The notes beneath the pieces are model-generated. The model saw nothing but the letters and a program-made list of their open reading frames with translations, searched no databases and had not been told where the DNA came from. From Verrucomicrobiota bacterium (lineage in GTDB: Bacteria; Verrucomicrobiota; Verrucomicrobiia; Limisphaerales; CANJXF01): DNA of 64,000 bases. The stretch covers positions 1-64,000 of the forward strand of contig JBBQRQ010000004.1 of NCBI GenBank assembly GCA_038214755.1. The letters are read 5' to 3'. Made by a program: the position numbers and the translations under genes. This document shows positions 28,460 to 37,080 of the stretch, piece after piece. Position 1 is the first letter of the stretch. Each line of letters opens with the position of its first letter.

Positions 28460-29410
28460 CTATTCTTCCTCTTCGACTGTAGCCAGAGCCGCTTCCGGCT
28501 CGAGGCTCTCCAGATTCGGCACGCGACTTTTTGCCGTGCGCGGTTTCCAACGGTTATGGACCCAAAACCAGTTGGCTGGATCTCGCCGAATGGCTTTTTC
28601 AAACGCGCGATTGACATCAATCATGATTGCTTCAGACGAACGCGGTTCGCCATTTTCGCGGGTGGGAATCGCTTCGCCGGCTTCCATGCGCCATTGGGCC
28701 AGTCCGGTCCGAAAACAAATTCCGGTGAAGAGCGGGCATCGGTAGCGAAGCGCAAAAACCGCCGGCGCCGCAGTGGTGGAACAGTCCACGCCAAAAAAAG
28801 GAATGCGCAAACCGTTGTTGCCCGCGTGCTGGTCGGCCAGCAAACCGAGAATCAAATTGGGCTGCTGCATCGCGCTTTTCAAAGCGGCTGCGTCGGTGCG
28901 CCGCTCGAAAAACAAACAGCCCGACCGTTCACGCAGCGACAATAATAATCGGTTGAGAGAAGGCTGGCGCAGGCCGCGATAAGTGGTCGCGGTTTTATAC
29001 ATCGGAATGAGTTGGCCCAGGCGGGCATACAATTCGAAGTTGCCGAAGTGGCCGACGGCGACGACGCGGCTCTGGGGCGGTTCGCCGGGCTTGGGCAAGA
29101 ATTTTTCCTCGCCCGTGAGTTCAATTCTTTCCCGCAATTGCTCGATTGGCATGGAGGCGGTTTTTGCCGCGCAACAAAAATTTTCGCCGATGCGTTTAAA
29201 ATTTTCTCTGGCGATAGCGCGAAGTTCTTGAGCCGATTTCTCCGAGCCGAAACAACGATTCAAATTTTTCAACGCGACTTTTCGGTGGCGCACATCCAGC
29301 AGATAAAACAAGCCGCCCCCCGCTCGTCCGGTTCGCGCCACCACCGTTAGGGGCAAGGCCTGAAGCAAGGCGATAACCGCTCGCGCCAAAAAATAAAGTG
29401 GTTTGTCCAT
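28460..29410 (-). CDS. Lipid A lauroyl/acyltransferase (LpxL/HtrB family)
   Basis: GHFGNFEL, LADQHAG, PFFG, P.NWFWVHNRWK. Confidence 0.9.
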   Translation of the reverse strand: MDKPLYFLARAVIALLQALPLTVVARTGRAGGGLFYLLDVRHRKVALKNLNRCFGSEKSAQELRAIARENFKRIGENFCCAAKTASMPIEQLRERIELTGEEKFLPKPGEPPQSRVVAVGHFGNFELYARLGQLIPMYKTATTYRGLRQPSLNRLLLSLRERSGCLFFERRTDAAALKSAMQQPNLILGLLADQHAGNNGLRIPFFGVDCSTTAAPAVFALRYRCPLFTGICFRTGLAQWRMEAGEAIPTRENGEPRSSEAIMIDVNRAFEKAIRRDPANWFWVHNRWKPRTAKSRVPNLESLEPEAALATVEEEE

Positions 29411-29411
29411 G

Positions 29412-30584
29412 TCAACGGAGACAGATTTTTCGGACACAATCCTGAAAGCCATCCGCGCCTCTGAGGATTTTTATTTCGACCCGCATGAAATAAATGGCGA
29501 GGTCGCGCCGGTCAATTTTTGGAAAACGCACCGCATCTTTTTGCGTGGTGATGATGGCCTGGGCCTGGCGTTTTTTTGCGCGGTTGATCGTGTTGATAAT
29601 TTCCTGCTGCGTGAAGCGATGGTGATCGGCGAAGCGTTTGGAATAGACCAATTCGCCGCCGAGGTTGATCAGGCTTTGCTCGAAACTTTCCGGCTGCGCG
29701 ATGCCGCTGAGCGACGCGATTTTTTTTCCGGGCAGCAGATCGAGGCCCTGGCGTTCCCCGCTGAAAACATCTTCAAAGTAAAGCGGCGCGTGGATGCACT
29801 CGATGATGCCGGCGGTGGGATTGTATTTGGCAATTCTCTCACGCAACGCGGCGGTGTCGCCGTCACTTTTTGTGATGAAAATCGTGGTGGCGCGCGCGAG
29901 GTGTGAAGGTGGTTCCCGCAAGGTCCCGCGCGGCAACAATTGTTCGTTGCCAAAAGGTTGCTGGCGATCAACGAGAACGACATCGTGGCGGCGACCGCGC
30001 AATTTCCAATATTGAAAACCATCGTCGAGCAGGAGGGTGTCGCAGCCAAATTCCTGAATGGCGAAGCGTCCGGCTTTGACGCGGTCTTTATCGACCAGCA
30101 CGACGACATCTTTCAAATTGGAGGCGAGCATGTAGGGTTCGTCACCGGCTGTCTCGGAATCGAGCAATAAATTTTTTCCATCGGAAACGATGCGGGGCGG
30201 AGTGCTGTCGTGGCGAAAAAGAATTCTATCCCAAAGCCGTTTGGCGATGGGCGCCGGTTTGGAGCGATAGCCGCGAGAGAGAATGGCGACGGTGCGGCCC
30301 TGGTCTTGCAACTCGCGCGCAAATTTTTCGACGACGGGAGTTTTTCCAGTTCCGCCGACGGTCAGATTTCCCACCGCGATGACCTGCACGCCGAGAGTCG
30401 AGTCTCGAAAAATGCGGACGTTGTAAAGAAACCGGCGGGCTTTGACCGCGCCGAGAAAAAGTTTTGAAAGCGCGAAGAGCAAGCCGCGGAGAAGAGTGGC
30501 GCGTTTGCCCGGGCGCTGGCCCAAAATCACTTCGAGAACGAAGGTCTCGCTCGCTTCCGTCCAGGCTCGAAAAGTCTCCCGCAT
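29412..30584 (-). CDS. lpxK: Tetraacyldisaccharide 4'-kinase
   Basis: VGNLTVGGTGKTP, SRGY, GDEP, LDDGFQ, LPRGTLREP, TTQKDAVR. Confidence 0.95.
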   Translation of the reverse strand: MRETFRAWTEASETFVLEVILGQRPGKRATLLRGLLFALSKLFLGAVKARRFLYNVRIFRDSTLGVQVIAVGNLTVGGTGKTPVVEKFARELQDQGRTVAILSRGYRSKPAPIAKRLWDRILFRHDSTPPRIVSDGKNLLLDSETAGDEPYMLASNLKDVVVLVDKDRVKAGRFAIQEFGCDTLLLDDGFQYWKLRGRRHDVVLVDRQQPFGNEQLLPRGTLREPPSHLARATTIFITKSDGDTAALRERIAKYNPTAGIIECIHAPLYFEDVFSGERQGLDLLPGKKIASLSGIAQPESFEQSLINLGGELVYSKRFADHHRFTQQEIINTINRAKKRQAQAIITTQKDAVRFPKIDRRDLAIYFMRVEIKILRGADGFQDCVRKICLR

Positions 30585-30694
30585 TTTGTTTAGCTTGCCA
30601 ACGCGACACGCTCACGGCAAGCGGAGTGAGAGCGCGAAATTTTTTTAAAAAAGTTATTTGCCATCCGAGAATTTTTAGAGGACAGTCTGCGACC

Positions 30695-31291
30695 ATGTTT
30701 CTAACAGTTCTCGGGATTACTTTGGGTATCGTCTTCGCTTCGTTCTTCGAATGGGTGTTGCACAAATACATTATGCATCGGCCGCTGGGTAAATTCGTTT
30801 ATCCATTCGAGCGGCACGCGGTCGTGCATCATCGCACGTTCAAAGCTGATCACACCTATCATCTGATCAATGAGTCCGACAAAGAAACGATTCCAATGGC
30901 GTGGTGGAACGGGCCGGTCTTGGTATTGGCTTGCCAGTTGCCGTTCCTGATCGCCTGCATTGTCATCGGCAACTACTGGCTTGTGCTTGGCTCGACCATC
31001 GCCATCGCCGGTTATTATGGCGCTTACGAATATATGCATTGGTGCATGCATCTGCCCAAACAACGTCAATTGGAACGCTCGTGGATTTTTTTCCGTCTCA
31101 ATGGCCACCACCTTTTGCATCACCGTTACATGCACAAAAATTTTAACGTCGTCCTGCCGTTGGCCGATTTGCTGACGGGCACACTGATGCTCCGTTCCCG
31201 AGTTTGCTTCGCGCAAGCGCAAGGCCCTCGTGTTCCAAACGTCCAGCCGAGAATCCAAAAGCAGAAATATCGCGAAACTAACGTCGCATAG
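30695..31291 (+). CDS. Fatty acid hydroxylase / sterol desaturase family protein
   Basis: His boxes EW.LHKY.MH, HAVVHH, YE..HW.MH, HHLLHH; NFNVV.P. Confidence 0.85.
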   Translation: MFLTVLGITLGIVFASFFEWVLHKYIMHRPLGKFVYPFERHAVVHHRTFKADHTYHLINESDKETIPMAWWNGPVLVLACQLPFLIACIVIGNYWLVLGSTIAIAGYYGAYEYMHWCMHLPKQRQLERSWIFFRLNGHHLLHHRYMHKNFNVVLPLADLLTGTLMLRSRVCFAQAQGPRVPNVQPRIQKQKYRETNVA

Positions 31292-31299
31292 GCGACGCG

Positions 31300-31404
31300 G
31301 GGTAGCATCTGCCTCTGGCGGGTGCGTGGAGACTTCCCTTTTTCTTTCCAAAAAAACGAGCGCCACACAAATTTTTTCGCACCCGCCGGAGGCAGATGCT
31401 ACCC
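31300..31404. repeat. REP doublet, GGGTAGCATCTGCCTC family
   Basis: Two inverted 27-nt units. Confidence 0.88.
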
Positions 31405-31512
31405 CGTGCTCGCGAAATATTTCTTCTCTTCGCGGCCATTGTTTTCAACATGTTTTAATTCGCGCCTCAAATTCCAATTGCCTTTGCGGTTGTTTTCGCA
31501 AAACTCCCGCGC

Positions 31513-32697
31513 ATGAGTAAAACTGCCCGGCGTTCCAACAAATTTGCCGCCTATCCGCGTCTCAATCCGCTCGGCGTTGGGAAAAATATTTCCGCCGCCG
31601 ACCTGATCGATCAAACTTTTCTGGCTTACAACGGCGGGCGGATTCGCGAAGCGGCCAAATTGCTCACCGAAAAAATGTTGCCCAATGATGGCTTTATCGG
31701 AATGAGTTTGACCGGCGCGTTGACTCCGGCTGGTTTGGGAAAATCCTGCTTGATCCCACTGATGAAAGCGGGCTTTGTCGATTGGATCGTCTCGACGGGC
31801 GCAAATCTTTATCACGATTTGCATTACGGTTTGGACATGAAACTTTATGCTGGCTCGCCGTTCCTCGACGACGTGGATCTGCATCGCGACGGGGTGATTC
31901 GCATTTACGACATTTTGTTCGATTACAACGTGTTGCTCGACACCGACGCGTTTGTGCGCGAGGTGATTCAAGGAATTGAATTTCAGCGGACGATGGGCAC
32001 GGACGAGTTTCATTTTCTCCTCGGCAAATTTGTTTACGCCCGACAAAAAAAACTTGGCCTCCGCGATAGCTCGCTTCTTTCCACGGCCTACGAATGCGGC
32101 ATCCCGATTTTTACGAGCAGTCCGGGCGATAGTTCCATCGGGATGAATGTGGCCGCGATGTCGATGCGCGATTCAAAACTTTTGCCAGACGTAAATCGGG
32201 ATGTGAATCAAACCGCCGCCATCGTTTACGAAGCGAAATCGACCGGACACAAGTCCAGCGTTTTTATTCTGGGGGGCGGTTCGCCGAAAAATTTCATGCT
32301 GCAAACCGAGCCGCAGATTCAGGAAGTGATGGGCATCGAGGAAAAGGGGCATGACTACTTTTTGCAATGCACTGACGCGCGGCCCGATACGGGCGGACTG
32401 AGCGGCGCGACTCCAGCCGAAGCGGTGAGTTGGGGAAAAGTGGATCCCGATTCATTGCCTGATTGCGTCGTCGCTTATGTTGATTCAACTATTTCGCTTC
32501 CGCTCCTGACGGCGTATTGCTTGAGTCGAACCAAGCCGCGAAAACTCAAACGCTTGTATGATCGGCGCGATGAAATGCTCAACAAGGTGCGAAATCTTTA
32601 TTTAAAAACGGGGACTGTTTCAAAAGTTTTGACCAGCCGAAAAATTGCCAAACGCGCCAGCGGCATTGGAACGAAGACCGTAGATCGAGACCGCTAG
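31513..32697 (+). CDS. Deoxyhypusine synthase-like protein (probable homospermidine synthase)
   Basis: STGANLYHD, GDSSIG, LGGGSPKNF, DTGGLSGATP.EAVSWGK with the catalytic Lys. Confidence 0.9.
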   Translation: MSKTARRSNKFAAYPRLNPLGVGKNISAADLIDQTFLAYNGGRIREAAKLLTEKMLPNDGFIGMSLTGALTPAGLGKSCLIPLMKAGFVDWIVSTGANLYHDLHYGLDMKLYAGSPFLDDVDLHRDGVIRIYDILFDYNVLLDTDAFVREVIQGIEFQRTMGTDEFHFLLGKFVYARQKKLGLRDSSLLSTAYECGIPIFTSSPGDSSIGMNVAAMSMRDSKLLPDVNRDVNQTAAIVYEAKSTGHKSSVFILGGGSPKNFMLQTEPQIQEVMGIEEKGHDYFLQCTDARPDTGGLSGATPAEAVSWGKVDPDSLPDCVVAYVDSTISLPLLTAYCLSRTKPRKLKRLYDRRDEMLNKVRNLYLKTGTVSKVLTSRKIAKRASGIGTKTVDRDR

Positions 32698-32705
32698 AGT
32701 GATTT

Positions 32706-32773
32706 GTAGGCGCCGACGTGAGGAGGCGGATCGGGATTAGTTCCGCAGACCGCTTCCTCAAGTCAGCGGCTAC
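32706..32773. repeat. REP doublet, GTAG.CGCCGACGTGAGGAGGCGG family
   Basis: Inverted pair between convergent genes. Confidence 0.8.
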
Positions 32774-32804
32774 ATTTTTTTTATAATCCGGTGCAAGCTC
32801 AAGT

Positions 32805-33242
32805 CTATTCGTCGCTCTCTTCTCGCTCCTGAGTCGCTCTCCCTGCTGTCTTGGCCAGGCGCTTGAAATGTTTTTCCATCTTCGCCAATTGCTCATCCGA
32901 CAAGTCTTCCAAGTCGATCAAATTATTGCGCGCTCCTTTGACCGCGAAAATCAACTCGTCCAGTTTGAGGTGAATCGCCTTGGCGTCGCGGTTCTGCGTG
33001 TTCTGAATTAAAAACACAATTAAAAAAGTAACGATGGTGGTGCCGGTGTTGATGACCAGTTGCCAGGTATCGGAGAATCCAAAAACCGGTCCGAGCGCAG
33101 CCCAGATTGCAATGGCTAGAACAGCGCCGAGAAACGACCACGCGTTACCCACAATCCCGGAGGTCCGGCTCGCCAGGATTCGGAACCAGCCACCGTTATT
33201 TTTTTGGCCTGCTGCGGTTTTTTTTTCTGCTGATTTTTTCAT
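32805..33242 (-). CDS. Low-affinity iron permease family (Fet4-like) small membrane protein
   Basis: FSDTWQLVINTGTTIVTFL.VFLIQNTQNRD.KAIHLKLDELI. Confidence 0.9.
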   Translation of the reverse strand: MKKSAEKKTAAGQKNNGGWFRILASRTSGIVGNAWSFLGAVLAIAIWAALGPVFGFSDTWQLVINTGTTIVTFLIVFLIQNTQNRDAKAIHLKLDELIFAVKGARNNLIDLEDLSDEQLAKMEKHFKRLAKTAGRATQEREESDE

Positions 33243-33252
33243 AGGGTTTGAG

Positions 33253-34359
33253 TTAGCGCGCGTTGCTTTTTGGGAACATCACTTTTTCGGGCGCGGCGTT
33301 GAGCGCGGCTAATAATTTTCGGATCAAATCATTTTTGGTTCGGCCAGCCATTTTTGGATCGACCAGATAGCGCACGGTTGCTTCCAACCAGGTATTGTCA
33401 CCCACGCGAAAAAAAACGGAGGGCCGTTCTCGCACTTCCAAATGGTTGACGGGTGTTTGTGCGAGCAGCTCGCGAAAGATGGCGATTTGTTTTTTCATAT
33501 TTTCGCCCAATTCTTTCTCGGCAATTTTTTGCATCGTAGCGGCGACGAATTCCAAGTCGCTCTCGTAAGCGATTTGAAATTTTATTTCATTCCAGATGTA
33601 GGGGAACAGCGGCCACGAATAATTCCACACTTCTGTGCTCAAGACTTTTGAGTTGGGAAATTTAATAATTCTACCACTGGGATGGTCGGTCGAAAGATAA
33701 TCGCCGCCAAATTCCCAAAGCGTCGTGTCGAGGTAACTCACGTCGATCACGTCGCCTTTGGCCTCGCCGATTTTGATGCGGTCACCGACGCGATAAGGGT
33801 GGCGCGTTAAAATATAAATCCAACCCATGAAACTGGTAATGGGCGTTTGCAGCGAGAAACCGAGAATCAAAGAAATCAGCCCGAGCGACTTGAGCGATGC
33901 TCTCCAGTTGGAGAAGAGCATCGAGACGCAGAGGAACGCGATGGCCAACCCGGTGACTAAATGCAAAATGCGCGTCAGGTTGAAACGGGAGGCGGTGTCG
34001 CGAACGCGGGACAACAAATAAATCTCCACCACCTTCATCCCAAACAAAATGGCCGCGACGAAAACACCGCCCAACACGCCCGTTTCTATCAACTCGTGAT
34101 ATTCCCGCCAAAAAGTCCATCGAGACAATTCAGCGGAGAAAAATTTCAGCTTTAGAACAAAATAGGCGGCGAGAAATATTCCCAACGCGAAGAAGTATCC
34201 GGTGGCGATTACTTTGCGTTTGGTTTTGGTCTCGGTTTCTTTCTTTAGAGTGGAAGTGTGCGCGGTTTCTTCCAGCGCTTGCTTAACTTCCGGCTGATTT
34301 TTGATCGCTTCCACCTCAGCCTTTGGCGCGGGCGGCAAATTATTTTCTTCTTTTTCCAT
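33253..34359 (-). CDS. MscS family mechanosensitive channel
   Basis: LGFSLQ.PI, PYRVGDRIKIG...GDV, IIKFPNS; alternative start at 34386. Confidence 0.88.
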   Translation of the reverse strand: MEKEENNLPPAPKAEVEAIKNQPEVKQALEETAHTSTLKKETETKTKRKVIATGYFFALGIFLAAYFVLKLKFFSAELSRWTFWREYHELIETGVLGGVFVAAILFGMKVVEIYLLSRVRDTASRFNLTRILHLVTGLAIAFLCVSMLFSNWRASLKSLGLISLILGFSLQTPITSFMGWIYILTRHPYRVGDRIKIGEAKGDVIDVSYLDTTLWEFGGDYLSTDHPSGRIIKFPNSKVLSTEVWNYSWPLFPYIWNEIKFQIAYESDLEFVAATMQKIAEKELGENMKKQIAIFRELLAQTPVNHLEVRERPSVFFRVGDNTWLEATVRYLVDPKMAGRTKNDLIRKLLAALNAAPEKVMFPKSNAR

Positions 34360-34363
34360 GGGC

Positions 34364-36055
34364 TTATTTTTCCCGGACGACTTCACGGGCTTTTTTGTCT
34401 TCGCGCAACCCGAGGAAAACCGGATGCCGCAAATGCCCGTCGCGCGTCCACTCCGTGAAATGGATTTGCGCGACCAGATTCGGCTCGACCCAACTGCAAC
34501 GTTTCATTTCGGCGGCCGTCACGCCTTGCCCGTATCGGCCGGAACGTTTCTCGGGCAAGTTGGCAAAGGGGCATTGGTCGCGTTTGATTTTTTGAAATTC
34601 TTTGTAAAGCGAGGTCAACAGCGCCTGGTTGAAACCCGTCCCGACTTTTGAGGCGAAAATAAATTTCTCCTTTTCAAAATAGCCGACCAGTAGCGCGCCA
34701 AAAAAATCTCGCGAACCTTTCGGCTGGGTGTAGCCGCCAATGACGAATTCCTGGTCGTTGACGATTTTAATTTTAATCCAAGAGCCGGTGCGAAGCCCGG
34801 CTTCGTATTTGGAATCAACCCGTTTGGCGATGATCCCTTCCAAGCCGCGCTTGCGAATCTCGGCCAGGAGTTTATTGGGATCTCCGGTGATGTTGGCCGA
34901 GTAGCGGACCGGCTCGTGCGCGGGCACAGTGAGCTTTTGCAAAATTTCTCTTCGTCGCACCAGCGGAAAGCCGGTCAGTTTTTTTCCGTCGAGGTTGAGC
35001 AGATCGAAAACGTAAAAACAGAGTGGGCCGCGCGCTTGACCCGGCATGTTCGCCGTTTGCAACAGTTGAAAAGACGAGCGGCCTTTTTCGTCAAGCGCAA
35101 CGATTTCTCCGTCGAGAATTCCGTTTTGAAAAGGCAACTGGCGCACCGCGTCGGCGATGGAAGGAAAGCGCGCGGTCAAATCCTTGGCGGAACGGGAGAG
35201 CAACCTGACTTCGTCGTTTTGCTTAAGAGCCAGCGCGCGGAAGCCATCGAATTTTATTTCGTAAATCCAGTCGTCGCCGCGCGGTGGTTCTTGAGCCAAC
35301 CGGCATTTCATCGGCGCGAGGAATTCTATTCTCCCGGCAGGCGCATTTTCTAAAATAGCGTCAGGAGTTTTTTTTTGAGCCGGGGATTTTTTCTCGGGGG
35401 AAGCAGAACGGGCCAACGCCTCAATCTTCTTCGGGCTTTTCGTTTGGCGGCTGCTGCCCCATTGCGCGTCGTTGTCGTTGGCAATTTTTTCCATCGACCG
35501 ATGCGTCAAAACGGATTCGTCCTCTTTTTTTGCCGACAGCGGCTCCGCATCTTCGCCGGCTTTAAAAAGCAACCACGATTCTTTCTCACCCGGGCGGGGT
35601 CTGATCCGAATTAGCGCCCACTCTCCTTTCACTTTTTCCCCGGACAATTGCAGGTGCAACTTTCCTTCCTTCAAGCCAGTGAGCGGGTCCGTTCCCGAGA
35701 CTTCGTAAGTCCCCGTGTCCCAGACCATGACCGTGCCGCCGCCGTAATTTCCTTCGGGAATCGTCCCTTCGAAATGCGCGTAATCCATCGGATGATCTTC
35801 CACGTGGATGGCCAAATGTTTTTCGCCGCGCTTCATGGGCAATCCTTTCGGCACCGCCCATGATTTTAAAACACCTTCCATTTCGAGACGGAAATCGTAG
35901 TGCAAACGGCTGGCGTCGTGTTTCTGGATCACGAACATCAGGTCTTTGGCCGACTTCGATTTGGCGACGCGCGGCTTTGGCTCTTTTGTTTCGCGAAAAT
36001 TTCTTTTGGCTTCATACGTTTGCAAAGTGGTGTCGTGCGCAACCTTTTTTTTCAT
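34364..36055 (-). CDS. ligD: LigD: 3'-phosphoesterase + ATP-dependent ligase domains
   Basis: FVIQKHDASRLHYDFRLE, SWAVPKG; YEIKFDGFR, LDGEIV, EGIIAKR, W.KIK, LRHPVFLGLREDK. Confidence 0.93.
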   Translation of the reverse strand: MKKKVAHDTTLQTYEAKRNFRETKEPKPRVAKSKSAKDLMFVIQKHDASRLHYDFRLEMEGVLKSWAVPKGLPMKRGEKHLAIHVEDHPMDYAHFEGTIPEGNYGGGTVMVWDTGTYEVSGTDPLTGLKEGKLHLQLSGEKVKGEWALIRIRPRPGEKESWLLFKAGEDAEPLSAKKEDESVLTHRSMEKIANDNDAQWGSSRQTKSPKKIEALARSASPEKKSPAQKKTPDAILENAPAGRIEFLAPMKCRLAQEPPRGDDWIYEIKFDGFRALALKQNDEVRLLSRSAKDLTARFPSIADAVRQLPFQNGILDGEIVALDEKGRSSFQLLQTANMPGQARGPLCFYVFDLLNLDGKKLTGFPLVRRREILQKLTVPAHEPVRYSANITGDPNKLLAEIRKRGLEGIIAKRVDSKYEAGLRTGSWIKIKIVNDQEFVIGGYTQPKGSRDFFGALLVGYFEKEKFIFASKVGTGFNQALLTSLYKEFQKIKRDQCPFANLPEKRSGRYGQGVTAAEMKRCSWVEPNLVAQIHFTEWTRDGHLRHPVFLGLREDKKAREVVREK

Positions 36056-36966
36056 ACGAGGTTCGCTTTCAAACGTTGTTTCAATTGCAAGACCGGCTCA
36101 AAAAGGTCGCCATGTTTTTCGACACGTTTCAAAACTTGATCGGACGTGAAAACCAATTTTTCGGGATCGCCTTTTTTCAAAGTGGCTTCGACTTCGGCCC
36201 AGGTCAGCGGCGTTGAGACCGTCGGAAATTCCTTGGCGCGGAGCGAGTAAACGCAAACCGTCGTCTTGTGGTCGTCGTTCTGGCTCCAATCGACGAAAAC
36301 TTTTCCGGCGCGAAGGGCTTTTGCCATTCGAGATACGACCAGTTCTGGATGCTCACGTTCGAGACGTTCGGCGAGGTGTTTTGCGAAAGTTTTTGTGATT
36401 TCATAATTAGTGGGTGTGTTCAAGGGCGCGTAAATTTGCAGTCCTTTCGAGCCGGAAGTTTTTGGAAAACATGCGAGACCGAAATCATTTAAAATTGTCC
36501 GCAACCAAATTCCGACCTGACAGCATTGGACAATGTTCGCGGGCGGGCCGGGGTCCAAATCGAAGACGACCATGGTGGGAGATTGGATTTTGGGATAGCG
36601 CGCCAGGGACGTGTGCAATTCGAGATCAGCCAGGTTCGCCGCCCAAACGAGCGTGGGCAAATCGTTGGCCATGCAAAAATAAATGTCCGCTTGATTTCCT
36701 TCGCTCCAAACTTTGGCGGTGTTGACCCACGGTGGCCGGTGGGAGGGACATTTTTTTTCGTAGAAAAATTCCGCTTCAACTCCGTTTGGATAACGCTTCA
36801 AGGTGAGCGGTCGCATTTTCAAATGGGGCAGAAGAACGGGGGAAACCCGAATGTAATAATCAATGACCTGGCCTTTGGTGAAGCGGGCTTTTGGATATAA
36901 AATTTTGTCGAGGTTCGACACCTGCAATCGTTTTCCTCCGACCTCCAATTCTGTCTCCTGGCGCAT
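36052..36966 (-). CDS. Stand-alone LigD polymerase (primase-polymerase) domain
   Basis: SNLDKILYP, RPLTLKRYPNG, FDLDPG, KTSGSKGLQ, VFVDWSQN. Confidence 0.92.
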   Translation of the reverse strand: MRQETELEVGGKRLQVSNLDKILYPKARFTKGQVIDYYIRVSPVLLPHLKMRPLTLKRYPNGVEAEFFYEKKCPSHRPPWVNTAKVWSEGNQADIYFCMANDLPTLVWAANLADLELHTSLARYPKIQSPTMVVFDLDPGPPANIVQCCQVGIWLRTILNDFGLACFPKTSGSKGLQIYAPLNTPTNYEITKTFAKHLAERLEREHPELVVSRMAKALRAGKVFVDWSQNDDHKTTVCVYSLRAKEFPTVSTPLTWAEVEATLKKGDPEKLVFTSDQVLKRVEKHGDLFEPVLQLKQRLKANLV

Positions 36967-37080
36967 GAGGAAAAGTAGATTGGGCCGAGCAGTTAGGGAA
37001 ATCGGGACTTGCCCTAAAAGCCCGTGCTCGAAAATGCTGAACTTCGAGGAAGATGACGAATGAGACTTATAGGACTGATC

